A stretch of DNA of 63,797 nucleotides, the filler included, from Octopus bimaculoides (taxonomy: Eukaryota): the NCBI RefSeq assembly GCF_001194135.2. It is 7 parts of 6 records of this genome, joined end to end, with 100 filler letters (N's around TTAATTAATTAA, not from the genome) between each part and the next. Parts side by side here need not be neighbours in the genome. Positions count along the whole stretch, not along the records: positions 1 to 5,897 come from NC_068994.1; positions 5,998 to 19,656 come from NC_068987.1; 5 more parts are not named here. One strand, given 5' to 3'. This document shows, in pieces, positions 1 to 13,700 of this stretch. The notes under the pieces are model-generated. The model was not told the origin of the DNA. It worked only from the letters and a program-made list of their open reading frames with translations, and ran no database searches. Both the position numbers and the translations under genes were made by a program. How positions within the stretch are numbered: position 1 is the first letter of the stretch; every line of letters begins with the position of its first letter.

Positions 1-204
1 TCTCTCTCCTCCTCCCCCTCCCAAATCCTTGGGTTGACTCAGACTTTGTACATGAAATGAGATTGGTTAGATGAAGACTGTGCAGAAGAAATTTGGTGAA
101 CATGAAAGAGAACACCTGTGTTTCACAAGTGGTGAAAATAAATAGCAATAGGCAAATGGATTTCTCATTCAGCTTAATGTATGTTGCAATCTGAGACAGG
201 TTAA

Positions 205-490
205 AAGAGAGCTGACTATGTTTCATAAGGATTGCTTCATAAATGTTGGACGTAAAAGACACCTGAAAAGAGAGTCAATTCCCTTCTCTTGGATTTGCTT
301 CTTAAGTGTCTTTGGAAAAGGATACTTGAAAAGAGAGCCAATTTTTGCTCCTTGACATTTGCTTCATCGATGTCTGTGGTAAGGGACATCTGAAAAGAAT
401 TGATCCTGTCCCCTTAAGTTCGCTTCATAGATGCCTATGGAAAGGGACACATGAAAAGAGAATCAGTTCTGTCGAGGTTTACTTCCATTG
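205..490. repeat. Degenerate ~63-68 bp minisatellite (4-5 units)
   Basis: Recurring TTGCTTCAT..ATGTC..TGG..AGGGACA..TGAAAAGAG motif. Confidence 0.65.
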
Positions 491-1756
491 ACTCAGGGAC
501 GAAATTTGCTTAGGTCATGTAAACCCAAGTCCAAAACATTTTGAAAACAAAGTCTTTTTTGTTCTTTGTTCTTTGAGAAGAAACCTAACTTCAAGCTACT
601 TTTACAGATCACTTTTTATGCACTTTTTCCTAAACCTGAGCAAAGTAAGTAGGGGTGCAAATTTTTATTTGGCACCCCAGAAAATTTTAGGAGGTGCACA
701 TCCACCCCCCAGTTCACAAGCTCATGTTTACTTACTGAAATATCTGTGAAAAGACAGCAGTAGGTCATTCTGTCCCGTCGAGGCGAAACCAAAGTGAGGG
801 AAGATTCCGACAGAAACAGCTTTGACTTCTGTCTCAACAGACAAAATGTTTGTAAGACTACTACTACTACTACTACCGGTCTNNNNNNNNNNNNNNNNNN
901 NNNNNNNNNNNNNNNNNNNNNNNNNNNNNNNNNNNNNNNNNNNNNNNNNNNNNNNNNNNNNNNNNNNNNNNNNNNNNNNNNNNNNNNNNNNNNNNNNNNN
1001 NNNNNNNNNNNNNNNNNNNNNNNNNNNNNNNNNNNNNNNNNNNNNNNNNNNNNNNNNNNNNNNNNNNNNNNNNNNNNNNNNNNNNNNNNNNNNNNNNNNN
1101 NNNNNNNNNNNNNNNNNNNNNNNNNNNNNNNNNNNNNNNNNNNNNNNNNNNNNNNNNNNNNNNNNNNNNNNNNNNNNNNNNNNNNNNNNNNNNNNNNNNN
1201 NNNNNNNNNNNNNNNNNNNNNNNNNNNNNNNNNNNNNNNNNNNNNNNNATATATATACACTCATACACACAAGCACAGATTCACAAACAGACAGCTGTAA
1301 GACCAGTTGAGGATGTTATGTGTAATCTTACTTAATATGCAGGAAGTAGATAGCGGTGGGGGGACTCTTCTTATCGTGGTGAGTGTACTGATCTACCGAA
1401 AGCTAACAATGACTGATGGTACACCAGTACACCCACCATAGTAAGAGTTCCTTAGAATGTGAGTTCAAATCCAGCTGTGGTCAACACTGTCATTCATTAT
1501 TTCAGCATTGATAAAATAAACTGAGTCTAAATCTTCGGCTTTGTGCTTGTTATAGTGTAATAAAATATAGTTTGTTAGGAAAGGTGGCGGGCTGGCAGAA
1601 ATGCTAGCATGCCGGGCAAAATGCTTAGCAGTATTTTGTCTGTTTTTACAGGGTCAATAAAATAAAGTATCGATCAAATACTAGGGTTGATGGGGGTCAA
1701 CTAATTCCACCCCACCTTAATATTGCTGACCTTGTGTTTGAGTCAGAAACCATTAC

Positions 1757-2082
1757 TGCCACTCTGTCAGTTACAATGATGAGGGGGTCCCAGTTGATCC
1801 GATCAGTGGAACAGCCTGCTTGTGAAATTAATGTGCATGTGGCTGAGCAATCCACAGACACGTGTACCCATAACGTAGTTCTCACGGAGATTCAGCGTGA
1901 CACAGAATGCGACAAGGCTGGCCCTTTGAAAAGCAAGTACTACTCATTTTTGCCAGCTGAGTGGACTGGAGCAATATGGAATAAAGTGTCTTGCTCAAGG
2001 TCATAATGTGTCACCAGGAATTGAACCAATGACCTTACGATTGTGAGGCAGATACCCTAGCCTCTAAATCATGCGTTTTCAC
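1757..2082 (-). mobile_element. tRNA-derived SINE, family A
   Basis: Homologous to 6546-6907 and 49934-50256. tRNA-like head, then TTGAGCAAGACAC CORE-like segment, then AACTACGTT...CACGTGTCTGTGGA body. Confidence 0.8.
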
Positions 2083-2374
2083 CAAAACCATTTATGCACC
2101 ATTTGAAAGAGGGACATTTGCCCTTGGTAGTCAGGGTATTCATGGCTGTGGGGTAGAGGGTTCCTTGATTAACCCTGGGCATTTGTTTAACCACTGGTGG
2201 GACACCTCCTTCCATACTCTTTTTTTTACACTGCTGTCACTGCTGTCCCCTTTTTCCTTTATTTTATTCATTTTTCTCATAATTGATTGTGTGTGAACAT
2301 CAACCGTTTTTCTAATTTTATCTTTCTGCAATGTTCCCTGCATCTAATGCCCCTTGTGGCGAATAAAAGACATT

Positions 2375-2409
<35 letters not shown>

Positions 2410-2703
2410 ATTGATTATTATGGGTTATTATTATTATTATTATTGTTGTTGTTGTTGCTGTTATTGTTATTATTATTGTGCTCAAATTAGAAACAGTTAT
2501 TGTAGTGGTTGTGTGTTAATTAGTATTATAATAATTATTATTTTTAGTTTTGAATTTTCTTCACATTTCCGATATGATCTTAATGATGCTTTCATCTTGA
2601 CTCGTTTCAGCTTTCGTGTTTTTTTTTCTTTCCCCATTTTAAAAATTCTGTTTTATATCATTGTGTATTTTTTCATTATCTCTCTCCCTCCTTCTCTCTC
2701 TCT

Positions 2704-2751
<48 letters not shown>

Positions 2752-3241
2752 AGCATTAATGATTTCCTCGGTTACAGATGTGGTGCATTCAAATCAAGAA
2801 TAACACTGATGCAACACACACACACATGTACACATCATATATAATATATATATNNNNNNNNNNNNNNNNNNNNNNNNNNNNNNNNNNNNNNNNNNNNNNN
2901 NNNNNNNNNNNNNNNNNNNNNNNNNNNNNNNNNNNNNNNNNNNNNNNNNNNNNNNNNNNNNNNNNNNNNNNNNNNNNNNNNNNNNNNNNNNNNNNNNNNN
3001 NNNNNNNNNNNNNNNNNNNNNNNNNNNNNNNNNNNNNNNNNNNNNNNNNNNNNNNNNNNNNNNNNNNNNNNNNNNNNNNNNNNNNNNNNNNNNNNNNNNN
3101 NNNNNNNNNNNNNNNNNNNNNNNNNNNNNNNNNNNNNNNNNNNNNNNNNNNNNNNNNNNNNNNNNNNNNNNNNNNNNNNNNACACACACACACACACGCA
3201 CAAACACACAAACACACACACACACACGCACAAACACACAA

Positions 3242-3275
<34 letters not shown>

Positions 3276-3899
3276 AAACACACACACACACATGAACGCA
3301 CACATGGTGCGATTGGGTCTCCATGTGTGTCTATGTATATCTGTATATTTGCAGATGTGCTGGTGTACAAATGGATACAGCTGCATGTGCATGTGTGTGT
3401 ATGTGTGTGTATATGTGTGTATGTGTGTGTATATGTGTGTATGTGTGTGTGTGTGTATACACACACACTCAAACATACCTTCGCTGGTGTGTTTGTGACG
3501 GATTCGTTTTCAAGCGTAAAGTGACGATATGCCGTGTAGTGACTCTGTTGCACATGTTGCTGTGTAATGTGCACATGTATGCATATATCTTCGCGCATCC
3601 GCGTACCTGTGTGTGTGTGTGTGTGTGCGCGTGTGAGTGCACACATGTGAGTGAGTGTGCTTTCGGTTTAGCTAGCGTGGAGCAGTTTACCTCGTACCCT
3701 ACTTTCAAGCCAGTGATAACACTGTATATATACACTCGCTCTGTATGTGGTGGAAACACCACACGGAATTAACTCACATGGTAACAAGAGAACATGCTTG
3801 CTGAATTTAGCTTCTGAATAGCAACAGCAGCAGCAAATGCATAAGCTGACACACCACTGCTTTCCTTTGCTGTTGTTGCCTTACTGGCAGTAGATTCAG

Positions 3900-4877
3900 T
3901 GTCATCCATCATCATCATCATCATCATCATCATCGTCATCGTCATCGTCGTCGTCATCACAGTGGTATCGTCATCATCATCATCATCATTATCATTGTTG
4001 TGGTCGCCGTCATCGTAATAGTGTTGTCCTCATGGTTGGCGTTATCGTCACCATCATCATCATCATCATCATCGCCACCACCACCACCACCAGCAGTGAC
4101 AGTAATGAACTAGGATAATAACAATAATAATAATAATAATAAAAATAATAATAATAATGATGATAGGAGCAACAGCAGCACTGGTAGCAGCTGAGTGGAA
4201 TTAAATCACTACCATTAACAGCGGAGATGGTGGTGCCAGTGGTGGTGCCAGTGGTGGTGGTGGTGTTACTAAAAGTATGGGACTAGCATGAAGAACATGG
4301 ACAAAAAAGAAAAAAAACAGTAACAATAACAATGGCAATAGTTTTAAGAACAGCTGAAGAAGTTGTTGTTGTTGTTGTTGTTTGTGGTGGTGGTGGTGGT
4401 GGTGGTAGATTTAATCAATGGATGGTGGGAGTAGGTATGTGATCCGAGAGCATGTAAAAGATGAGAGGAAAATGCGTTATCATCGCAAGAAAAGAAATAA
4501 TGGGAAGGAGATAGATGAGTCGATAAGGAGGCTGGGTAGGGTAGGTAGGTAGGGTAGGGTAGGTAGGTAGGTAGGTAGATAAAAAGGTTGACAGAGATGT
4601 GGGCACATATCATGTATATACATATATATATATATGTATATACACACACACACACACACATATATGTATATATACACACACACACACACACATATATATT
4701 TATAGAGAGAGAGAGTGTATGTTAGAGAGAGAGAGGGAGAGACAGACAGATAGACAGACAGAGAGATAGAGAGAGAGGTGGGGATAGCTTGATGGGTAGG
4801 TGTATATACCTGTAGAAAGTGAGGTGAAAATTGAAAAGGCTGTTGAGTGTGATAGAGATACAGAGAGAGAGAGAGAG

Positions 4878-4922
<45 letters not shown>

Positions 4923-4930
4923 GTGATAAG
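3900..4930. repeat. Compound microsatellite cluster (CAT, AAT, GGT, GTAG, TA, CA, GA)
   Basis: Directly visible runs, representative of many such tracts across the window. Confidence 0.92.
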
Positions 4931-5644
4931 GTAGATAAATAAACCAACAAATTTTTTTAAAAAAGAGAGAAAGAGAAAAACAAGGGGTAGAAATAATGAT
5001 ATGTAAAGATATATATTGGGTGGGTGGGTGTATGGGTGAAGGATCCTTCTACCCCTTCCCCATGTGTTCCAGTAGTTTTCTTGCTCTCCCCACCCTCCCA
5101 ACATCCGCATTCCTTTCTCCATTCTGTGAACTTCTATTACTTCCTTGCTGCTGTTTCAGTGAATCAACGAAGGTCCCAGACGAAATCCCTTATGGAATTT
5201 TCCTCGCATGTCCCTTAACATGTCAGGAGTTGAAAGCCTGGCGTAAGAGTTGACTTTTCTTGCCATTCCATTACTCTGGGGGGTGTGGTAGAATGCGTGC
5301 CACCCCCTCATGGCCAAGTGGTGGTCGACTTTGGTGGAATTGGAACTCAGGACATCAAAGACTGAAGAAAAATCTGCTAAACATTTTGCCCAGCGTGCTA
5401 ACAGCTCTTTTTTTGTGTATTCTACTCTAGGCACAAGGCCTGAAATTTTGGGTGAGGGGGGCTATCAGTCGACTAGATTGACTCCAGTATGCATCTGGTA
5501 TTTAATTTATCGACCCCACCCCCCCTTCCGAAAGGATGAAACACAAAGTCAACCTCAGCAGAATTTGAACTCGGAACATAAAGACAGATGAAATGCTGCT
5601 AAACATTTCACCCTATGTGCTAACGGTTCTGCCAGCTCGCTGCC

Positions 5645-5733
<89 letters not shown>

Positions 5734-5837
5734 TGTAAACTTTTCTGCTATAGGCACAAGGGCCTGAAATTTTGGGTGAGGGGGCCTAGTTAGTTTTATC
5801 AACCCCAGTGTTTCACTGGTACTTAATTTATCAACCC

Positions 5838-5897
5838 TGACCGGTTCGGACCGGTTTGAACCGGTTCTGACCGGTTCGGACCGGTTTGAACCGGTTC
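5838..5897. repeat. 10-bp tandem repeat (ACCGGTTYKR-like), 6 units, running into a gap
   Basis: ACCGGTTCGG ACCGGTTTGA ACCGGTTCTG ACCGGTTCGG ACCGGTTTGA ACCGGTTC, with a 30-bp higher-order period. Confidence 0.85.
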
Positions 5898-5941
5898 NNN
5901 NNNNNNNNNNNNNNNNNNNNNNNNNNNNNNNNNNNNNNNNN

Positions 5942-5953
5942 TTAATTAATTAA
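5942..5953. other. Assembly linker TTAATTAATTAA inside a 100-bp gap (also at 19701, 26074, 39133, 42741, 56336)
   Basis: Each occurrence is 44 N + a 12-bp six-frame-stop word + 44 N, exactly 100 bp. Confidence 0.95.
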
Positions 5954-6545
5954 NNNNNNNNNNNNNNNNNNNNNNNNNNNNNNNNNNNNNNNNNNNNTAT
6001 ATATATATAAATGCCTGAATGTACGCATTATTACACATCTGCCATTGTCGTGACCAGAATGGAGCGGTGTCAATAATAACACATTCTCTGCACTCTTTGC
6101 CGCAGGTTGCAAAGGTTTATAGGAATATAATCATGACTGATTATAGCATGAAATTAAAAACTAAAATTTACATAACGGTAAAATTTTGGCAGACTCCATC
6201 ATTTATTTACGTGTGATGTGACTTATTCGATTTTCGTATGTATTATGCTACTAGTAATGCTTCCACACTCCCATAGTATTCCCATTATCGTCAGTTTAAC
6301 TAAAGTTATCCTATTTCATTTTATTCTGTGAACTGTGTTATATTATATAACGCAGTACATCAAAGTGGATATAATACAGTACATTATCACTGTTGCTATA
6401 CGCTGATAGAGAAGATGCAATGACGGCTAAAACCATATTTAATATACTATAGGTATCAAGTGCACACTAGTTGCAGAACAAATGACTACGTCACTTTAAA
6501 TAGGATATAAAACAGTGGACAACATTATCATATTTCCTTACAGAC

Positions 6546-6907
6546 TCGTGTGGAGGTGCAATGGCCTAGTGGTTAGGGCAGCGAACTCGCGGTTTCGATT
6601 CCCAGACCGGGCGTTGTGAGTGTTTATTGAGCGAAAACACCTAAAGCTCCACGAGGCTCCGGCAGGGGACGGTGGCGAACCCTGCTGTACTCTTTCACCA
6701 CAACTTTCTCTCACTCTTACTTCCTGTTTCTGTTGTGCCTGTAATTCAAAGGGGCTAGCCTTGTCACACTGTGTCACGCTGAATATCCCCGAGAACTACG
6801 TTAAGGGTACACGTGTCTGTGGAGTGATCAGCCACTTGCACGTTAATTTCACGAGCAGGATCAACTGGAACCCTCGTCGTCGTAAGCGACGGAATGCCAA
6901 CAACAAA
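6546..6907 (+). mobile_element. tRNA-derived SINE, family A variant
   Basis: TGGCCTAGTGGTTAGG A box and GTTTCGATTCC B box; shares its 3' half with the 1757 and 49934 copies but has a different middle. Confidence 0.8.
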
Positions 6908-8129
6908 CTCGTATTTAGAATGTGCACCTTTCTCACCAACAGAAAACCACAAACTTGTAAGACACAAAACGAACTCCAGGCCAAATCAATGTAAAAAATT
7001 TCAATATGAATATGGAATTTAGAAATAATACATTTGTAAGTCTCTCAGAGAGATTTATGCAGTAGTGATACGATGAAGTAGTTGCATGCTGTCAACTTAA
7101 TGTGACAGTCCCCTGAAGGAAATAATAATACTACTGTGTTGCGTTTATCATCCATCTTGTTTTTATGAGAAATTGTTATAGATCTGCTGTCAACTAATGT
7201 TTTCCCGTCAAGTTTTGTTTTGTGGTGTGTGGTGTAGTGCGTTGCAATGTCTCCAAGATGCACACGCTTGCTGGAAGAGTACGATAGTGTCTTACTTTCA
7301 TTGTTAATATAAAAGCTGGATTCGTGAACTTTACAACATGCAGAATTGGTAATCTAATCTATAAACTTAAAATCTTTATACTTTATCGTTATTATTGACT
7401 TTAATTCTTTTCATTTTCTTTTAGAAACTAGAATCTCTTAAGAATCAAGATGTCAAAATTATAATATTATGGTTTTATTTGCCGAAAGACTAATTTAATT
7501 CGCTTTATTTAGTACTTCTTCGTTGCAGAGGGATAATTAACTTCTATATCAATTTGAAAAATGTTTCACATTTCAACAAAATTATAGGTTTTTAATATTC
7601 ATGTTACCATTCTTTTATTCTATTATACTTTTATTCTTTTATTTCTGTACTTGTTTAAATCATTTGACTGTGGCCATACTGGAGCACCCCCTTGAATGAT
7701 TTTGGTCAGCCCGAGACTATAATAGAAGACACTTGCCGTAGTTGCCACGCAGAGGGACTGAAACCAGAACCATGTGATTGGGAATCAAGATTCTTATCAG
7801 CTTTTTTCATCATACAATCTTTTACATGTTTTAAATGTTGCAGGGCAGCTACGCTGGGGCACTTCCCACCTCTTATGGGTTTCAGTCAAACAAATTGAGC
7901 CTTACCTGCTACATAACTATATTTTACCGAACCGCAAACAAACTACGGGGGCGCAAACAAACTAGCACCGGTTATCAAACAGTGAAGAAGACAAACACAA
8001 AAATACCCGATGCTATAATACAAGACAGTTGCCCAAGATGCCACGCTCTGGAACTGAACTAGACACCACATGATTGCTAAGTAAACTTCTCAACCACATA
8101 AACACGCCTGTAGTTACTCTTTTACTGTT

Positions 8130-8317
8130 TCACTTGTTTCAATCATTTGACTGTGACCATGCTGCAGCACCACCTTTAGTCGAGCAAATCGACCCCAGGA
8201 CTTATTTTTTGGAAGCCTAGTACTTATTTTATCGGTCTCTTTTGCCGAACCGCTAGGTTACGGGGACGTAAACATATCAGCATCGGTTGACAAGCGATGT
8301 TGGGGAGGACAAACACA

Positions 8318-8355
<38 letters not shown>

Positions 8356-8580
8356 NNNNNNNNNNNNNNNNNNNNNNNNNNNNNNNNNNNNNNNNNNNNN
8401 NNNNNATATATATACATATATACGACGGGCTTCTTTCAGTTTCCGTCTACCAAATCCACTCACAAGGCTTTGATCGGCCTGACACTATAGTAGAAGACAC
8501 CCAAGGTGCCACGTAGTGGGATTGAACCCGGAACCATGTGGTTGGTAAGCAAGCTACTTACCACACCGGCACTCCTGCGC
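8130..8580 (-). mobile_element. CORE-type SINE, family C
   Basis: Full reverse copy; the assembly gap sits in its internal microsatellite. Confidence 0.8.
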
Positions 8581-9196
8581 TTTTGTTGTTTTTTTTCTTT
8601 TTGATTCCGTGCGCTGGATTTTTATTCTCTTTGATATATTATGAATCTTATTCTCTTTGTAGTTCTGTTCTTCCTAACAACTGCCAGGAAATATAGCAAA
8701 AATCAATCTGACATGCGTAATTGATATGGACGAATTAGAACTAATCTAAATAGTGCCATGTAGTGCAGTACAGTGATTTTGTTTGTGTGCGAATGGTGTA
8801 CAGTGAGAAAGAAAAACATACGTAGAAAACGTCTGCGCAACACATTGCGGAGATTTGAGAGTGTCTGTGACGTATTTCGTAGAACAGAAGCGCATTTATT
8901 ATCTGAATAAATTATAATAGAATGTCAATGAATAATGAGGTTAGATAATATAAAGAACACAAAAAAAGAATGTTAATGTACAGTATCGTTTATAACGAAG
9001 ATACAGAATACATAATTGAAACATTTAGCAGATGGACAATTGTACATACCTTACGTATACCTACAATAGATACGTACCCGCATTCATATATACACAGACA
9101 TTACAGAAGTAAATAGACGCACTTATAATCATTAAAGTTTATTTACATCTGAAATTATACATTCAAATTATTTATCAATTATTATAATGTGAATAT

Positions 9197-9483
9197 CTAA
9201 TATTTAGTAGTCATGCTCTTTGCATTTGTTTTCAATGCAAGGATCCTATAAAACATGCTACAGATCAGATGACTTATATTCTGTGGGTAAATTTCTTGCC
9301 AAGTTTCATGCAGTAATCTCAAAAGATCTGGTTTTGAGGATGCGTTCTTGTTCTTTTTACGAAATATCCTGTCCATTAAGCCCCAGAGGTGTTCAATAGG
9401 TTTCATATCTGGTGACTGGTTTGACCATGGAATGTTTTTAATAGCATTCTTTTCCAACCAATCTTGGGTCTTTTTAGCTGTGG
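9197..9483 (-). pseudogene. Tc1/mariner transposase C-terminal fragment
   Basis: TAKKTQDWLEKNAIKNIPWSNQSPDMKPIEHLW...ICSMFYRILA...TTKY matches the Tc1 DD34E C-terminal motif WPxQSPDLNPIExLW and the terminal TKY. Confidence 0.88.
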
Positions 9484-10140
9484 AAGTTCAGATTGGAGAG
9501 ATTTTGGGTGCTTCCGTTAGGCTGTATGGTTACTTTTGGTCCATACATAGACAGCTCTATTATGTTGTGATCCGAAGCTGATGTCGATGTCACTTTCACA
9601 TTATGAACGGTGTCCATATTGTTTGTGAAGCAGATATTCAACGTGTTATTCGCCCTAATTAGGCGGAGCACAATTTACTCCATGAATAGTGCATTGGTGA
9701 AGTTGAGCGGGGATTCCACATGTACTTGTTTTCAGTGAGTCATTCCTGAGAGCATGAGGACCTCGGGCCATTTGGCATTTGGGAAGTTGAAATCACCCAT
9801 AAGAAACACACTGATGTTATGTTCTAGTTTCATGGGAGTTCCTTTTATTCTTGTGAAGCTATCTTCAAACTTACCCACGTGGTTTTGAGCATCCGGTGGG
9901 CGATATGTATTACATATGACTATATCGTGTTATCGTATATATACAGCTGGAGTACCACGCACTGAATTTAAGTATAACATTGGGACCTGGAATGTGAGTT
10001 CCCCAAAAATGTATACAGCAACTCCACCATAACTCCTTTCCTCTCTGTATGTTCGCAGTATGGTATATTTTGGTACGTATATTTATGCGTCCACTGTATC
10101 AGACCTCAAATGTGTTTCCACAAGTGTTATGCATAGAGCT
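9484..10140 (-). pseudogene. Non-LTR retrotransposon APE endonuclease domain (CR1-group-like), decayed
   Basis: Motifs in the expected order: LVETHL, YTILRTYREERSYGGVAVYI, NTYRPP, FLMGDFNFPNAKW, NTLNICFTN, SDHN, LNFH. Contains in-frame stops. Confidence 0.85.
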
Positions 10141-10231
10141 TGATTGCATGCAGCAAGGTCTCTCAGGAAAAAAGGTTTACTTCTTGTTGATATGATATAC
10201 AATAAGCCTCAATATTTAGTAAAACTATATG

Positions 10232-10262
<31 letters not shown>

Positions 10263-12066
10263 NNNNNNNNNNNNNNNNNNNNNNNNNNNNNNNNNNNNNN
10301 NNNNNNNNNNNNNNNNNNNNNNNNNNNNNNNNNNNNNNNNNNNNNNNNNNNNNNNNNNNNNNNNNNNNNNNNNNNNNNNNNNNNNNNNNNNNNNNNNNNN
10401 NNNNNNNNNNNNNNNNNNNNNNNNNNNNNNNNNNNNNNNNNNNNNNNNNNNNNNNNNNNNNNNNNNNNNNNTATATATATATATATATATATACATACAT
10501 ACACACATACATACATATATGAATGATCCTATAAAAGCACTTAGAGAACGATGAATCTTCACAAATAAGATAGTCTAAAGCTATATGTGTTTGAGCCCTC
10601 TGTGTGTCTCTGTGTGTCTCTGTGTGTCTCTGTGTGTCTCTGTGTGTCTCTGTGTGTCTCTGTGTGTGTCCGTGTGCGTGTGCACGTATGTATACCTTCT
10701 CCCGATGCGAAGATAATTTTAATAAAGCTATACACTAGACAGTACGGTATTTAATATCTACTTTTTCCCCGTCATTCTCTTTTTTATTCAAATTCATGCT
10801 ACTAGCTATAATACTCTATTTCTCATCCCTAGTTTTTGTTTAAACTACATAAATTACTATTGGCTGTAAATGCTTATTACACTTATATATCCATATATAT
10901 ATATATATTTGTGCATGTATTTCTGCCTGGATTAGAAGTAGGACAATTCTGTGCTAATGACGCCTATTGTGACAAAGACACATGTTCCCAGCTGCTTGTT
11001 GCCTCCAGGAAGAACCAAAAGTCAAAACAACAGCAAAGAAAGTAACAATAGAAAAAGCGGAAAATATCTTTTCTTTAACAACATGCCAATTTCATAAGAA
11101 TCTGTGTTACTTTGAGATTTTCTTTCCTTTGTATTCCGTGTCTTTAGCCACCACCGCTGTCTTTCCCAAAATACGTACATATATGCATAAATGAACACAT
11201 GCATTATACATACACTGAACCATAAAAGATCGCAGGAGGTGTGTGACTGTGAAATATGTTTTAATTTCACTATGTCAGAGATAAAATTTGATAAATCTGA
11301 TAAAGTCAATTCCATAGCCTATGGGTCGATGTCATGTGTTCTAGTAGTGGGGGGCGACATTGTAGAGCGTGACATGTCCAATACTGTGTATGCTCTCCTG
11401 GGTGTTCAAAGCGGCCATACAAGGTCGGTACATGGAGTGCCTGACGCAGATCACAAAAGCCATTGTGTTCATCTTCCACTGAGGTCGACTTTACCTTTCA
11501 TCGCGATGGATTAAACGAGTACCAGTTGAGCACTGGAGACGATGTTATCGACATGACCCCCACCCCAAAATATACCGGGCTTCTGTCAAAATTTGTACAC
11601 TTTAATTTAATTCTGAAGGTGGCGAGTTGGCAGAATAGTTAGCGCGCCGGACAAGATGCTTAGCGGCATTTCGATCATCTTTAGAGAACACTTGAGATCA
11701 CGACAGCAATCGGTATAAATAGATAGCGGCTAGTTTAGTAATTCTCTTCTTCTTCACATTACGAAAGGCGCCAGCGGGGTTTGCCACCGATGCAGCAAGG
11801 CTGGAGGCGGAGAGCGTATCGCAGTATGCTGTGTCCCAATTACGTTAAACAGCTCTCCACAAAAGGGTTGCTTTGCACAACAAAACATATCCTGGAAACA
11901 ACACACACCTCAATAGAAAGGAAAGAGTCGAAAGAAAAGATTGAGATATTCTGTCTCTTAAGATGCATAATAAATTAAATGTCAGTGTGTATGCCAGGCA
12001 TGTGTTCGTGTGTGTGAGTGAGGTTATGTTTATACGTACATACATCATAAATACATACATATATAC

Positions 12067-12102
<36 letters not shown>

Positions 12103-13329
12103 AGCTTATTTGCGTGTGTGTATGTGCATGTCTTATTCGTGTATATATATATATACATATATGTTTGTAATGTGTATTTGAGACTCTATATTTGTGTGAG
12201 AATGGGTGTGCAGGAGTTTATAGGTCATTAACCCAGTAAAAAAATCACTATTGGAAATAATTGGTTTTAAATCATAATGGAAGTAATCAGGGGTATATGA
12301 AAAACTTTGCCCTTTCTATAAATTATTCATCAATCACTTCCCCTTTGGCATCATATCTCAATAAATTATCAATAATTATGAACGGTAACGTTAAAGTGTG
12401 AATATATTTCTCCATAAACAGATCAATGGTGTTAAGCTATCTCTATTCACGATCATCGTATTTGATTTCATCGCAAAATATGAAATTATATTGCTCTTTG
12501 TTTTTCACAAGTTATCGTATTCAATATATTATCCAAATATTGCATGTATCGATCTCTCACAGAAGCATAAAACCTTGGATTTGCAGTGGAGAATTAACAT
12601 TATCTGACACTCACTCAGTCGATCAACTCTCTATCGGAAAGTTCGAGAGAAGAAAGAAACAAAATACAACTATTGAAATGAAAATCAGTCTGGAAACGAT
12701 TCAAATTGATTGTCACATTTTTTAGTGACAAAATATTATAGAAATTCGCCATTCTTTTTCTTTTTATGTAGAACTGTGAGACATGACAAAGTATACTGTT
12801 CGGTTGTTGGTGCATATCACAGCAATGTGGCTAGTCGGACAACAATAGGCTTTATCATTTAGTATTGTACATAGTACGTCTAACCAGGTGAAGTATGGCA
12901 ATATTACCTCTTCGTGGACAATCACCCTACAGAAGAACCACAGTAAAATCTCTCTCTTAAATGAAACCATGATACTGTAAATGAGGATAGAGATATTCTA
13001 AAGAGAAAGGATGACGACGGCGGCATGTCTTTCATGAAAGTTCTACTTAATATGATTTTATCTGGGTACGACTAGCACAAATCTGTTGGCCTTCTGAATG
13101 TACCTAATTGGGGCATATGCTGGTGTGTTTACATCCCCGTAATTTAGCGGTTCAGCTAAAGAGACCGATAGAATAACTCTCAGGCTTACAAAGAATAAGA
13201 CTTGAGGTCGAGTTCTTCGAATAAAAAAAGAAATATTTGAGGCGGTGCTCCAGCATGGCCGCAGTCAAAATGAGTGAAACAAGTAAAAGAATAATAGCAT
13301 ATATATACATATATATCTATACCTATCTA

Positions 13330-13469
13330 TAGGTGCAGGCGTGGCTGTGTGGTAAGAAGCTTGCCTTCCAACCGCATGGTTCCGGGTTCAGTCCCACTGC
13401 GTCCCACCTTAAGCAAGTGTCTTTTACTATAGCCTCGGATTTGGTAGACGGAAACTGAAAGAAGCCCGT

Positions 13470-13508
<39 letters not shown>

Positions 13509-13700
13509 GATTGTGTGTCTGTGCTTGTCCACCCACCGTCGCTTGACAACCGATTGTTGGTGTATTTACATCTCTGTAACATAGCGATTCGGCAAAAGGA
13601 AACGATAGAATAACTCCTAGTCTGGGGTCGTCGTTTCGTTCGACTAAAGATCGGTGCTCCTGTGAAATGACTGAAAGAAGTAAAAGAATAAGAGAATAAA
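13330..13700 (+). mobile_element. CORE-type SINE, family C (probably an octopus OR-type SINE) with an internal microsatellite
   Basis: GGCGTGGCTGTGTGGTAAG head, CACCTTRRGCAAGTGTCTT CORE motif, (CA)(TA)n linker and CCGTCGCTTGACAACCGA...GAAACAAGTAAAAG 3' part. More copies or fragments at about 7.6-8.1, 13.1, 35.3-35.9, 39.3, 41.8-42.2, 45.4, 50.9, 56.1, 56.6, 58.0, 59.9 and 63.2 kb. Confidence 0.8.

Noticed and set aside
5898-5997. TTAATTAATTAA palindrome recurring six times
   Set aside because: Always centred in exactly 44+12+44 bp N gaps; it is an assembly linker, not biology.
6546-6620. tRNA genes
   Set aside because: All tRNA-like segments are SINE heads lacking a complete acceptor stem and continuing into SINE bodies.
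10836-11514. Cys-containing ORFs at 10.8-11.5 kb
   Set aside because: Unique-looking sequence, but no recognisable domain or consistent splice signals in any frame.
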